Shown: positions 17,938 to 26,566 of the stretch, piece after piece | How the letters are laid out: the number at the start of each line of letters is the position of its first letter | How positions within the stretch are numbered: the first letter of the stretch is position 1 | From: Candidatus Nanoarchaeia archaeon | GTDB lineage: Archaea; Nanobdellota; Nanobdellia; WJKC01 | Direction of reading: 5' to 3' | DNA: 64,000 bases | NCBI GenBank assembly: GCA_041653515.1 | Contig: JBAZFG010000001.1 | Coordinates: forward strand, 74,332 to 138,331 | Notes under the pieces: generated by a model | Told to the model about the DNA's origin: nothing | The model's database searches: none | The model's input: only the letters and a program-made list of their open reading frames with translations | Position numbers and translations under genes: made by a program

Positions 17938-18474
17938 TCACTTTAAAAGAATATTCATTAATTCACTTAAAGTCTTAAATCCATATTCTACTGCAAATTT
18001 ATCTCTTTTTACCTCAGGGTCTTTTGCTCCATGAAAAAGATTATTTCTAATAGCATACCAGAATTCAACCATGTTTTCCCAATCATCAATAGACCGTATA
18101 ACACCTTTTCTTTTTACAGCTTCTTGAGGTGTTTGCTGATTTAACTCATCATGAGAACAATTCCACCATTTAATCTCTTGAGTATTATCTAAATCTCTTG
18201 AAGCGTCACCTAAAGGAATTTTATTTAACTCTTCAATTATTGTTTCCCAATTATTTTTTAATTTTTCATTAGATTTAATCTCTTCAAAATAATCATTTTT
18301 TATATTAACATCTTGTTTAAGCTTCTGAATAGCTTGTCTATCCTGTTTGGCATCATGATACAGTTGTGTCTTTAAATGAGCAATAAAAGCGAGATATTCA
18401 AAAACAAATTTAGAAAAATAATCCTCTTCTGTTGCTTTAATATGCCAAGCATTAATTAATCTTTTATAATTCAT
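17938..18474 (-). CDS. hypothetical protein with C-terminal HEPN-like Rx4H motif (AIRNNLFHG), candidate RNase
   Basis: 178 aa, alpha-helical, with an RNxxxH motif near the C-terminus as in HepT/Abi-type HEPN domains. Motif-level evidence only. Confidence 0.35.
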   Translation of the reverse strand: MNYKRLINAWHIKATEEDYFSKFVFEYLAFIAHLKTQLYHDAKQDRQAIQKLKQDVNIKNDYFEEIKSNEKLKNNWETIIEELNKIPLGDASRDLDNTQEIKWWNCSHDELNQQTPQEAVKRKGVIRSIDDWENMVEFWYAIRNNLFHGAKDPEVKRDKFAVEYGFKTLSELMNILLK

Positions 18475-18611
18475 AAGTTAACTAAAGTAAAATTAACTTA
18501 TATCCTTTTGTTAAAATAAGATAGGAATTAATAAATTACTTAAACAACAAATTAATTAATATTATTTAGAGCCTTTAATATTTAATTGGGTAATTCCGAG
18601 TTGAATATACT

Positions 18612-19223
18612 TCATTCTAGCATATTACTTGTTTTGTCTTCACGCACGTGCCAGAAGTAAAGCCAGTCAGGCCCTGCGCTGAACTCTATTATGTGATTCT
18701 TGATTGGTAAGCCTTTTAGTTTATCTAACACACTAAGTAATTCTTTGTAAGGAATTACTTCCTGACCATGTTTTATTAATACCCTGCCATCAGCACCTAA
18801 TCTTATGTGTTCATGCATTATTCCTTCCCTGTTAAGTTTGCTGACTGGGCCCCCATGCATTGCCTCAATTATTATTGAGGTAGTAAACACTAATATGTTC
18901 CCTGAATATTTATTGTTGAGCGGCACGTAATCCTGAACTATTGCCACATAACCATCATTATTTAATTTGCTGATGAACTCGCGCGCTTCATAAGGGCTGC
19001 ACTTAAGTTTTCGCGGACAATTAGTTGACTGGCCTAAACGCTCGCTTCGGACCATAACTAACTCACGGTTCATTAAGAAATTATTAACCTCCTCTTTTTG
19101 TGACTCATGGTTATTAACAAATAAAGTGCTTGGTGTTGGTAGGCCCCACTCTTTTAGTTTAATAATCCCTTTTATCTTATCATATTCATCAAAATTCATC
19201 TTAATTTTTCTCTTAATAATCAA
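18612..19223 (-). CDS. hypothetical protein (203 aa)
   Basis: ORF with coding-like composition; no family recognised. Confidence 0.35.
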   Translation of the reverse strand: MIIKRKIKMNFDEYDKIKGIIKLKEWGLPTPSTLFVNNHESQKEEVNNFLMNRELVMVRSERLGQSTNCPRKLKCSPYEAREFISKLNNDGYVAIVQDYVPLNNKYSGNILVFTTSIIIEAMHGGPVSKLNREGIMHEHIRLGADGRVLIKHGQEVIPYKELLSVLDKLKGLPIKNHIIEFSAGPDWLYFWHVREDKTSNMLE

Positions 19224-19237
19224 GTATTATTTAAACC

Positions 19238-19927
19238 TTAACCATAAATGCCCAGTAACATCCAGATGCCTAAACCAATTAGTAATAGCCCACTCATTAA
19301 TTTCATCCAATCCTTATATTCCTCTTTTAGTTTGTCCGCTTTCTTATGATTGTAACCTAGCACTATTGCGGTGAACATTATTATTAATGGGAGTACGAAC
19401 ATTAAATTATATAAAAGTAAGTAATTAACTGCTGTTAAGTAAGTGCCTGACTGGCTTAGTAAAGCTAGTATGACAAAATAAACACTCCCTGTACAGGGCA
19501 ATTCAAATAATGAGACAAATAAGCCAAGCACTATTGCGGCAGGCACACTGCCCTTATGAACCCACTCGCTGATGCGGTTCTTCTGCGATTTAGGTATCCT
19601 TAGTGTTATGCCCTGACCATAATAAAAGAAGTCCTTAACATTTATCACGCCAGTTATTATTGCAATGAAAGCAGCCACTAAATAAACAGTGCTTGAGATA
19701 CTTGGTAGTTGGACCACTGATAATAACCCTAACCCTATCAGCATGTAAGAAGCGTAAACACTTATTATGTAGCAAACGCCTGTGATGATAATCATCTTCT
19801 TATCCTTAACTACTTTAGTTAAGTAACCCATCATGAATATTAGTACTGCGAAAGCGCAGGGGTTAATGCCATCAATTAATCCTGCGCCAATGATTAATGG
19901 GATTGATACTTCTGGTAATGCCATCAC
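19238..19927 (-). CDS. ccdA: CcdA/DsbD-family thiol-disulfide transporter membrane protein
   Basis: Conserved Cys within TM helices (GINPCAF…; ELPCTG) and ~6 TM helices. Confidence 0.75.
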   Translation of the reverse strand: MMALPEVSIPLIIGAGLIDGINPCAFAVLIFMMGYLTKVVKDKKMIIITGVCYIISVYASYMLIGLGLLSVVQLPSISSTVYLVAAFIAIITGVINVKDFFYYGQGITLRIPKSQKNRISEWVHKGSVPAAIVLGLFVSLFELPCTGSVYFVILALLSQSGTYLTAVNYLLLYNLMFVLPLIIMFTAIVLGYNHKKADKLKEEYKDWMKLMSGLLLIGLGIWMLLGIYG

Positions 19928-19930
19928 ATT

Positions 19931-20272
19931 TTAGATTGAGTTGTTAATTAAATCTTTTACCTCTGTTAGAGTAAACGCGCCAGTCAAGCGGTTGCCGTTA
20001 ACTATCAGTGTCGGCGTGAACTCAATATCATTTAAGACGAATGACTCAGGGTTTTCCCGCAGACTTATTAAGTTAACACTACAGCCACGCTCTATCATTG
20101 AATCTATTATTGGCTCAGTTAAACCACAGGCATGACAGCCGGGCTGGTAATAATAATCAATCTCAACCCCATCAGGACAAGTAATTTCAATACTTGCCGG
20201 TTTATTATTGAATATTAATGTTAATCCAGCGATTACTAAGAGCATTACTGACAAGTAAATAATTTTCTTCAT
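19931..20272 (-). CDS. secreted thioredoxin-fold protein with CxxC (CHAC) motif
   Basis: Signal peptide, YYQPGCHACG active-site-like motif; adjacent to ccdA. Confidence 0.65.
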   Translation of the reverse strand: MKKIIYLSVMLLVIAGLTLIFNNKPASIEITCPDGVEIDYYYQPGCHACGLTEPIIDSMIERGCSVNLISLRENPESFVLNDIEFTPTLIVNGNRLTGAFTLTEVKDLINNSI

Positions 20273-20307
20273 TGAATAATAAAACTAAATAATTGTTTTA
20301 TAAATCT

Positions 20308-20637
20308 TTACTTTTTCTTGGAGAATTTGACTTTTTCAAGCTTATTCTTAACAATACCAATACTAAACATTAAGGTTGCTGCCATTAAGAAGAACATTTC
20401 ATAGATTAGCATATTGTTTAATAATTCAGTTTCAGTTAATTGTGAGGACGCAGTTATTAAACCGCCAAACTCACTTACTACTAATAATACTGAGAAGCTT
20501 ATCATGCCTAATAACACTAATTCAATTGAGTAATTTTTTGTTTTGAACACTGCCGCAACAGTTAGCAACCCAATAGTGAATATTAAGAATATTGTGAAGA
20601 ATTGAATTAAGAAGCTGACAAAGACGCTAATGATCAT
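20308..20637 (-). CDS. small membrane protein (109 aa)
   Basis: 3 TM helices; 4-nt overlap with the next gene. Confidence 0.35.
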   Translation of the reverse strand: MIISVFVSFLIQFFTIFLIFTIGLLTVAAVFKTKNYSIELVLLGMISFSVLLVVSEFGGLITASSQLTETELLNNMLIYEMFFLMAATLMFSIGIVKNKLEKVKFSKKK

Positions 20638-20909
20638 TTCTTGACCTCCAAGTAATTGAATAAACTAAACATTATTACTGCTAAGCCAATTAATTCAATT
20701 ATCTTATGATAAGAGTAAATAACATTGTTTAATGAATAAAGGTTTACTAACATATTAACTAATTCATAAGCACCGATTATTATTATCCCAATCCCAAAAC
20801 GCCTTATTAATTTTTCATCACTCTTTAATTCCTTCTTCCATTGGATTAATAATGAACCTGCAATAAATAGCAAACCACTAATTGTTCCTTGTATGAAAAC
20901 CTCAAACAT
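20634..20909 (-). CDS. small membrane protein (91 aa)
   Basis: 3 TM helices. Confidence 0.35.
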   Translation of the reverse strand: MFEVFIQGTISGLLFIAGSLLIQWKKELKSDEKLIRRFGIGIIIIGAYELVNMLVNLYSLNNVIYSYHKIIELIGLAVIMFSLFNYLEVKK

Positions 20910-20917
20910 TGATTATT

Positions 20918-21454
20918 CTATAAATTATTCAGCGTATTTATACATTTCCTCATGCTAACAAAAGGATTATTCTCAATATAAAAGCGATAAGGCAAGTTAT
21001 CCCCCTTTTTTAATCCAATCCTAGTTGTTTGAATAACTTTTTTTGGTTTAATATTATCAAGTATTTTCATTTCATTACCAATAACTAATCCATTATGGTT
21101 TCTATTAATGCCTAATGCTTTGGTGGTTAATCCTGGACCATTGGTCTTAGCTTTGAAGTTCAATGGCTCAACTGCCCTGATTAATACTGCGCTAGGCAAG
21201 CCTTTTTTATCAGTCACAATGTTCATTAAATTATACACGCCATAGCATAAGTAAACGTACAAACAACCACCTTCATGAAACATTAATTCATTCCGTTTGG
21301 TCCTGCCTTTATATGCGTGGCTTCCTGGGTCATTAATCGTGTATGCTTCTGTTTCAACAATCATTGCTTCCTTGCCATTAAAAATTATTTTCTTGCCAAG
21401 CAATTCACGAGCAATTGTTATTGAGTCGCGCGTAAAAAAATCCTTGCTAATCAT
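20918..21454 (-). CDS. mpg: DNA-3-methyladenine glycosylase (AAG/Mpg family)
   Basis: ETEAYTINDPGSHAYKGRTKRNELMF…GGCLYVY…LIRAVEP hallmarks. Start placed at the internal Met (MISKDFF) to limit overlap with gltX. Confidence 0.8.
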   Translation of the reverse strand: MISKDFFTRDSITIARELLGKKIIFNGKEAMIVETEAYTINDPGSHAYKGRTKRNELMFHEGGCLYVYLCYGVYNLMNIVTDKKGLPSAVLIRAVEPLNFKAKTNGPGLTTKALGINRNHNGLVIGNEMKILDNIKPKKVIQTTRIGLKKGDNLPYRFYIENNPFVSMRKCINTLNNL

Positions 21455-23114
21455 GTGTGTAGATATATTTTCCTTTTCCTTCTTTCCTAACAAAACCGTA
21501 GCGCTCGAATTGTATTATCTCACCTTCTTTGACTTTACTTGCGTAATCCTCACAAAGCCCTTTATCAATTAAGCCATCTGGTTTGAGCACGCTGCACTCA
21601 TGATTGCTCTTAGTCACGAATTGCACTTTCCTTATTTTATAAACCTCATCCTGGTCTTTAGCGTAAACCGCTCTGATTTCTTTGCCAACGCTCTTAACTT
21701 CAATATTCATTGAGTCCTTTAACCTAACCTGACATTCATTCTTGAGCAATTCAACATCACTTTCACTAATCCAGAAAGTATTAACCCCCTTCTCAATAAC
21801 ATAACTTCTGCTCTTATTAATCACGTGATGTAATGGTATTACCGCTTTCTTTTCCGGGCAACCACTTACTAATAATTTGACTGGGTCCTTAACAAAGAAG
21901 TAGCGCAGGCTCGCTGCGTCAATTAACCGACGGTTAATAGTGTATAATTTATCAACCGGGACTTTAACTTCATTCTCAGTTAAACCAATATCAAGCACGA
22001 ATTGCCTGACTGCTTCAGGCTTAATCCCCCTGCGCTTAAGACTCTGCAAACTCCACGTTCGAGGGTCATCCCAACCAGTGTACTCACCGCTTTTTACTTC
22101 GCGACTACTCTTGCTCTTACTAATCTTAACCCCTTCAACGCTAACTAATGAACTATGAACAATGACTGGTTCCTTCCAGCCCAAAATACCCCAGATTAAT
22201 CGCTCCATTTCATCCTCAATATACAAGTCCTTACCCCTAAGTATGTGCGTGATGCCAAGCAAGTGATCATCTACTGCCCAAGAGAATTCAAGCATTGGCC
22301 AAACACAATATTTAATCCCTGTCTTTGGGTGCGCTCGTTTGCTAATCCTAAGCAATACGCGGTCCCTAAACGCAGGGTTTTTGTGCTTCAAGTCAGTTTT
22401 TATTCTAACACAAGCCTCACCTTCATCATAACCCCCTGATAGCATCTTCTTCCATAAACGCTTATTCTCACTTACAGTATTATTCCTATGAAGACACTCC
22501 TTGCTCTTGGCTCGGTAATCCCTTATTAATTCAGTTGGGCACTCACAAACATAAGCCGCGCCTTTATCAATTAAGCTGGCCGCATACTTATAGAATAATT
22601 CCATTCGGTCTGACTTATAGATTATTGTTGGGTCAAACTTTACGCCGAGCCACTTCAAGCCCTGCGGTATCAACCTGTAAGCTGCTTTATCAATTGGCTT
22701 AGCTTCACTGCCAATAGTATCATCAATCACTAATATTAACTTACCTTTATACTTCTTAGCGTACTCATCATTCAATACTGCGGGCAATGCATTGCCAATG
22801 TGTAATGGCCCGCTCGGGAACGGCGCGAACCGCATGACTACTTTGCCTTTAATGCCTGGTAATTCTTTCAGGCCTTTGATTTCTTCTTTCTTCTCAAGCA
22901 ACTCAGGTGCTTGTGACATTAACTCATTAAGAATATTCTCAGGACTTAACTTATTAACTTGAGTAATAACCTCATTAATCCGTTTTATTAAGCCTTTAAT
23001 ATCCTTCTTTGATTCAGGCAATTCACCAATCACTTTAGGCATGACCGCGCCAAGAATTGCTTTGCCATGCTCATGAGCGTTCTTAAGTGCATACTTACGG
23101 ATAGTCTCATTCAT
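21447..23114 (-). CDS. gltX: glutamyl-tRNA synthetase, archaeal type
   Basis: HIGH motif FAPFPSGPLHIGNA and class I catalytic core; 555 aa. Confidence 0.9.
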   Translation of the reverse strand: MNETIRKYALKNAHEHGKAILGAVMPKVIGELPESKKDIKGLIKRINEVITQVNKLSPENILNELMSQAPELLEKKEEIKGLKELPGIKGKVVMRFAPFPSGPLHIGNALPAVLNDEYAKKYKGKLILVIDDTIGSEAKPIDKAAYRLIPQGLKWLGVKFDPTIIYKSDRMELFYKYAASLIDKGAAYVCECPTELIRDYRAKSKECLHRNNTVSENKRLWKKMLSGGYDEGEACVRIKTDLKHKNPAFRDRVLLRISKRAHPKTGIKYCVWPMLEFSWAVDDHLLGITHILRGKDLYIEDEMERLIWGILGWKEPVIVHSSLVSVEGVKISKSKSSREVKSGEYTGWDDPRTWSLQSLKRRGIKPEAVRQFVLDIGLTENEVKVPVDKLYTINRRLIDAASLRYFFVKDPVKLLVSGCPEKKAVIPLHHVINKSRSYVIEKGVNTFWISESDVELLKNECQVRLKDSMNIEVKSVGKEIRAVYAKDQDEVYKIRKVQFVTKSNHECSVLKPDGLIDKGLCEDYASKVKEGEIIQFERYGFVRKEGKGKYIYTHD

Positions 23115-23140
23115 AATAAAAAAGAGGAATTGTTTTGGAT

Positions 23141-24469
23141 TTATAAATCCAATTCTTGACCATCTTGAAGCAAGTGAACATCCTCGCCCAGTTTATACCC
23201 TAACTCATTAGCTAGTTTAACTGCACTGCTTAATTTCAGTAAGCCGCCATGACTTGGTATGTAATGCTGTGGCTTAATCATCTTCAAGAATTCCCGCATG
23301 CCTTCTCGGGCAACGTGACCACTAACGTGGACATCATCAAATATTCTTACTCCATGGCTTTTCAAGCTCTTAATTAACCGACTCTTGTTAGCTTCATTAA
23401 TCGGGCTTGGAATAGTCTCACTGCAGAAAACAACAATGTCATCTGGCAGTAATTTAAAACTCATTGTATCCTGAGATAACCTGACTAACATACTATTCGG
23501 CTCGCCTTGGTGGCCTGTCATTATTAAGAAATAATTACCCCTGCCATTGCGCTCTATTTCTTTAAACATCTTATCATTCTGCCTTGGGTGAACTAATATT
23601 GCTTCTTTAGTTATGTTAACCAAACCAACATTCTCAGCCGCAGTCACGTAATTAAACATGCTTCGACCAAGCAATACTGGCGTTCGTTTCATCTTAATAG
23701 CTGTTTTTATTAGTGTTGTTAACCTTGCTATATGACTAGCAAAAGTAGTGGTTATTACTGCTTTATTTTTTGAGTCAATAAAACTAAAAGTGTCTTCAAT
23801 CATGTTATTAAAAACACTTTCACTGTAAGTCCTGCCATCACGGTCAACCCTAGTTGAATCAGTGATTAAAGCTTTAACGCCTTTAGCAGCTAACTCCCTT
23901 AATCTTTTGTAATCAGTTTTCTGGCCTAACACTGGGTGTTCATCAAACTTAAAGTCAACTGCGTACAATAAATCACCTTCCGATGTATGTAAACAACTCA
24001 TCACTGTTTGAGGAATACTATGCGTAGCGTAGATGAATTCAACGCTTAATTTATCACTTATCTTGTAAGTGCTCTTAGCATTCAATTGAACTAAGTGCTT
24101 GAATAAACGGCTTTTCTTGCCTAATTTCTGTTTTAGTACTTCAAGTGTGAAAGCAGTCGCGATAACTGGTACGTTATATTTCTCAGCTATCTTATCAGCG
24201 CCCGCAACGTGGTCGAGGTGCGCGTGGTCAATAACTATTGCCTTGACTTGCTTGCCATACTTCTTGAAAAAAGCCCTATCATCAGGGATTACTTCCTCAA
24301 CATATAATGCTTCAGGAGGTAATTCCTCAGGATTAACACCTCTTTCTTGCAGTCTGATTAATTGGTCGACTGCTACACCAATATCAAATATCACTGTTTC
24401 ATTTCCGACAGTTACTGCGGTCATGTTCCTACCGAACTCGCTGTAACCACCTATTGCGTGTATTTTCAT
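23141..24469 (-). CDS. rnj: beta-CASP metallo-beta-lactamase ribonuclease (archaeal RNase J-like)
   Basis: HxHxDH motif (VIDHAHLDHVAG) and beta-CASP C-terminal His motifs; 442 aa. Confidence 0.8.
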   Translation of the reverse strand: MKIHAIGGYSEFGRNMTAVTVGNETVIFDIGVAVDQLIRLQERGVNPEELPPEALYVEEVIPDDRAFFKKYGKQVKAIVIDHAHLDHVAGADKIAEKYNVPVIATAFTLEVLKQKLGKKSRLFKHLVQLNAKSTYKISDKLSVEFIYATHSIPQTVMSCLHTSEGDLLYAVDFKFDEHPVLGQKTDYKRLRELAAKGVKALITDSTRVDRDGRTYSESVFNNMIEDTFSFIDSKNKAVITTTFASHIARLTTLIKTAIKMKRTPVLLGRSMFNYVTAAENVGLVNITKEAILVHPRQNDKMFKEIERNGRGNYFLIMTGHQGEPNSMLVRLSQDTMSFKLLPDDIVVFCSETIPSPINEANKSRLIKSLKSHGVRIFDDVHVSGHVAREGMREFLKMIKPQHYIPSHGGLLKLSSAVKLANELGYKLGEDVHLLQDGQELDL

Positions 24470-24585
24470 TTTAATATATCACCTTCATATTCTTTTATTA
24501 TTTAATAAGGTTTAGAATTTTTTCTCAAAACCCGTCTTATGGAAAAAGAATGCAATAACCTGTTTATAAGCTTTTTCATAAAAAT

Positions 24586-25086
24586 TTAATGGTTATTAAT
24601 AGATGGAACTGTTCCGTCATCAACTATTATTGAACTAATGTAATCATTTATTACTTTATAGTATAATTCGAGTTTTTTCTGTTTTTCAATACAATCATCG
24701 CATAACTTATTAGTGCAGGCGTCAATTATTGGCTGATAGGAATCTACAATCTTATCATATAATCTTTTGTAATTAACTAAGAATTCATTCTTGTTCTTTA
24801 TGTGCTCATTAGCTTTCCCACCATTATTAATATCTAAATGGTCTTTTATTATTTTATAAAGCACTTCATCAACGTTGGATAACTCATTAAATTCATAACA
24901 TAATTCATTTAGTGTTGTTAAGCAAATATCAAGCGTGTCAAACCTATCAAAACCTTTTATAGACTGACATTGCTTAACCCTTTTATAAGATTCTTTGTAA
25001 TTAATTATAAAATTCGCTATTGATAACCTTGCCTCGCCTTTCTTAAGCTCTATTCTGCCAAAAGGATTTTTATTCCTTGGTTTCAT
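24586..25086 (-). CDS. hypothetical Cys-containing protein (166 aa)
   Basis: ORF only. Confidence 0.35.
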   Translation of the reverse strand: MKPRNKNPFGRIELKKGEARLSIANFIINYKESYKRVKQCQSIKGFDRFDTLDICLTTLNELCYEFNELSNVDEVLYKIIKDHLDINNGGKANEHIKNKNEFLVNYKRLYDKIVDSYQPIIDACTNKLCDDCIEKQKKLELYYKVINDYISSIIVDDGTVPSINNH

Positions 25087-25158
25087 TAAGAGATTTTATT
25101 ATTATAACATTATAAAGATCATTGTAATTCAGTTCTCATTTTATCCCTGAACGCGCGA

Positions 25159-25340
25159 ATCATTAATGGGTGTATTAGTGGGTTCTTATCATACTCGACC
25201 GCAGGGAGAAGTATCCCCCTTCAGTCTTGAGAAACCCTGATTCCCCCTCTACGTTTATTTTGTCTTAATGGCGTTACTGATTAATTCCTTGAATTTTCTT
25301 ATCATTAGTGGGTGGATTAATGGGTTCTTGTCGTAATTGA
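25159..25340 (+). repeat. ~40-bp imperfect direct repeat (25159-25198 / 25301-25340, ~85% identity) flanking a GC-rich core (25199-25254) that contains ctgattccccctc
   Basis: The copy inside the gene encodes …YDKNPLIHPLMI of the radical-SAM/ArcS protein. The distal copy encodes the same peptide followed by an alternative tail, RAFRDKMRTELQ*. Confidence 0.65.
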
Positions 25341-26514
25341 TTTTATTCATTAATTGCTCGTCGCATAAATCTACTAATTTTATCCCCAGTTCCTTGCACG
25401 CGTTCTTCAAGCACTGACCTGACTCACTCTTTGGTTTATAATAAGAGAATACTTGCTCGTACTTATGAGCTGTTAAGTAATCCTTGACCCGTTGAGTGTT
25501 AATCCTAACATACTCTTTCATTACTTCTGGCGTCTCGTTCCGCTCATCCCAGTCGTAAGCGTTGAATGGGTACTTGTCAGCGAACTCAATTGGGATAACC
25601 CCTGGGTTGCTGATAACAATAATATGAGTATTCTTATACCAATCAAAACCAGTAATAGCGCGCCTGATTGAAACATGCGTCCGACTATTATAATAAGGCT
25701 TCTTCTTACTGCAAGGCAAGAACAAAGCAATAGTTTTGTTCAACGGCTTATTATACAAACGAACCAAGTAATCCTGCCAAACGTTAAAGTGAGGGTGAGT
25801 CACGAACTCAACCCCAACGCCATTTAAATCAGCCTTCTTCTCTAACGGGAATTTAGGCACGAACGCATAATTATTCGGCTCTAACTGAACGCTCTCATAC
25901 TTTTTTGTTCGCTTAAAAAACTCTTGCTCACTAATAGGCTTCCACTCACCTGCCACCCATAAATCAAACAAGCCTGACCTGGCGTGAGGAAAAGTATTAA
26001 TCAACACTATTTCATTACTATACTCGCGCGCTAAGGCAACGCTTTTATCCAATAACCCATCATAATCAAACGGGTGATTAATCAATAAGTATGACTTAAC
26101 TTTGAAGCCATGAGCGTGAACTCGCTCACAAGCCCTCTTATAAGCCTCAACCGTGATGCCCTTGTTTAATTTCTTCAATACTTCATTATCACCAGCCTCA
26201 AGCCCAATCGCCACTACTAATTTGACACCTTTGAACAAAGAGAGTTTCTCGTCAGTCACGTACTCTGGTCTTGACTCAATATACAAGACTCGACCCTGCA
26301 TTACTTTAGCCACATGAGTCTGGAATTTAATTGGGAATTGACAGTCATCCAATAATGAGCCACTGCAGAATAATTTAACATCACCCTCACCACTCTCCCT
26401 ATCAAACCTGTCAATTAACTCATTAGCACTAATATTAACATCATCCTTACCCCAACCACAAAACAAACACTTACCCCAAGAGCACTTGCCGGCGTTTAAC
26501 ACAATCTCTTTCAT
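25255..26514 (-). CDS. radical-SAM domain protein fused to an ArcS-type catalytic domain (PC-X3-KPY-X2-S-X2-H); putative archaeosine (G+) synthesis enzyme
   Basis: N-terminal Cys cluster CSWGKCLFC (Cx4Cx2C) and C-terminal LPCSKKKPYYNSRTH matching the ArcS signature. Divergent from arcTGT. Start placed at Met 26514 (MKEIVLNAGKC) to avoid overlap with tgtA. Confidence 0.6.
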   Translation of the reverse strand: MKEIVLNAGKCSWGKCLFCGWGKDDVNISANELIDRFDRESGEGDVKLFCSGSLLDDCQFPIKFQTHVAKVMQGRVLYIESRPEYVTDEKLSLFKGVKLVVAIGLEAGDNEVLKKLNKGITVEAYKRACERVHAHGFKVKSYLLINHPFDYDGLLDKSVALAREYSNEIVLINTFPHARSGLFDLWVAGEWKPISEQEFFKRTKKYESVQLEPNNYAFVPKFPLEKKADLNGVGVEFVTHPHFNVWQDYLVRLYNKPLNKTIALFLPCSKKKPYYNSRTHVSIRRAITGFDWYKNTHIIVISNPGVIPIEFADKYPFNAYDWDERNETPEVMKEYVRINTQRVKDYLTAHKYEQVFSYYKPKSESGQCLKNACKELGIKLVDLCDEQLMNKINYDKNPLIHPLMIRKFKELISNAIKTK

Positions 26515-26566
26515 AAAAAAATGGAATCCGTAACACTTTTTAAATACCTTGCGTATCACTTTGTTC

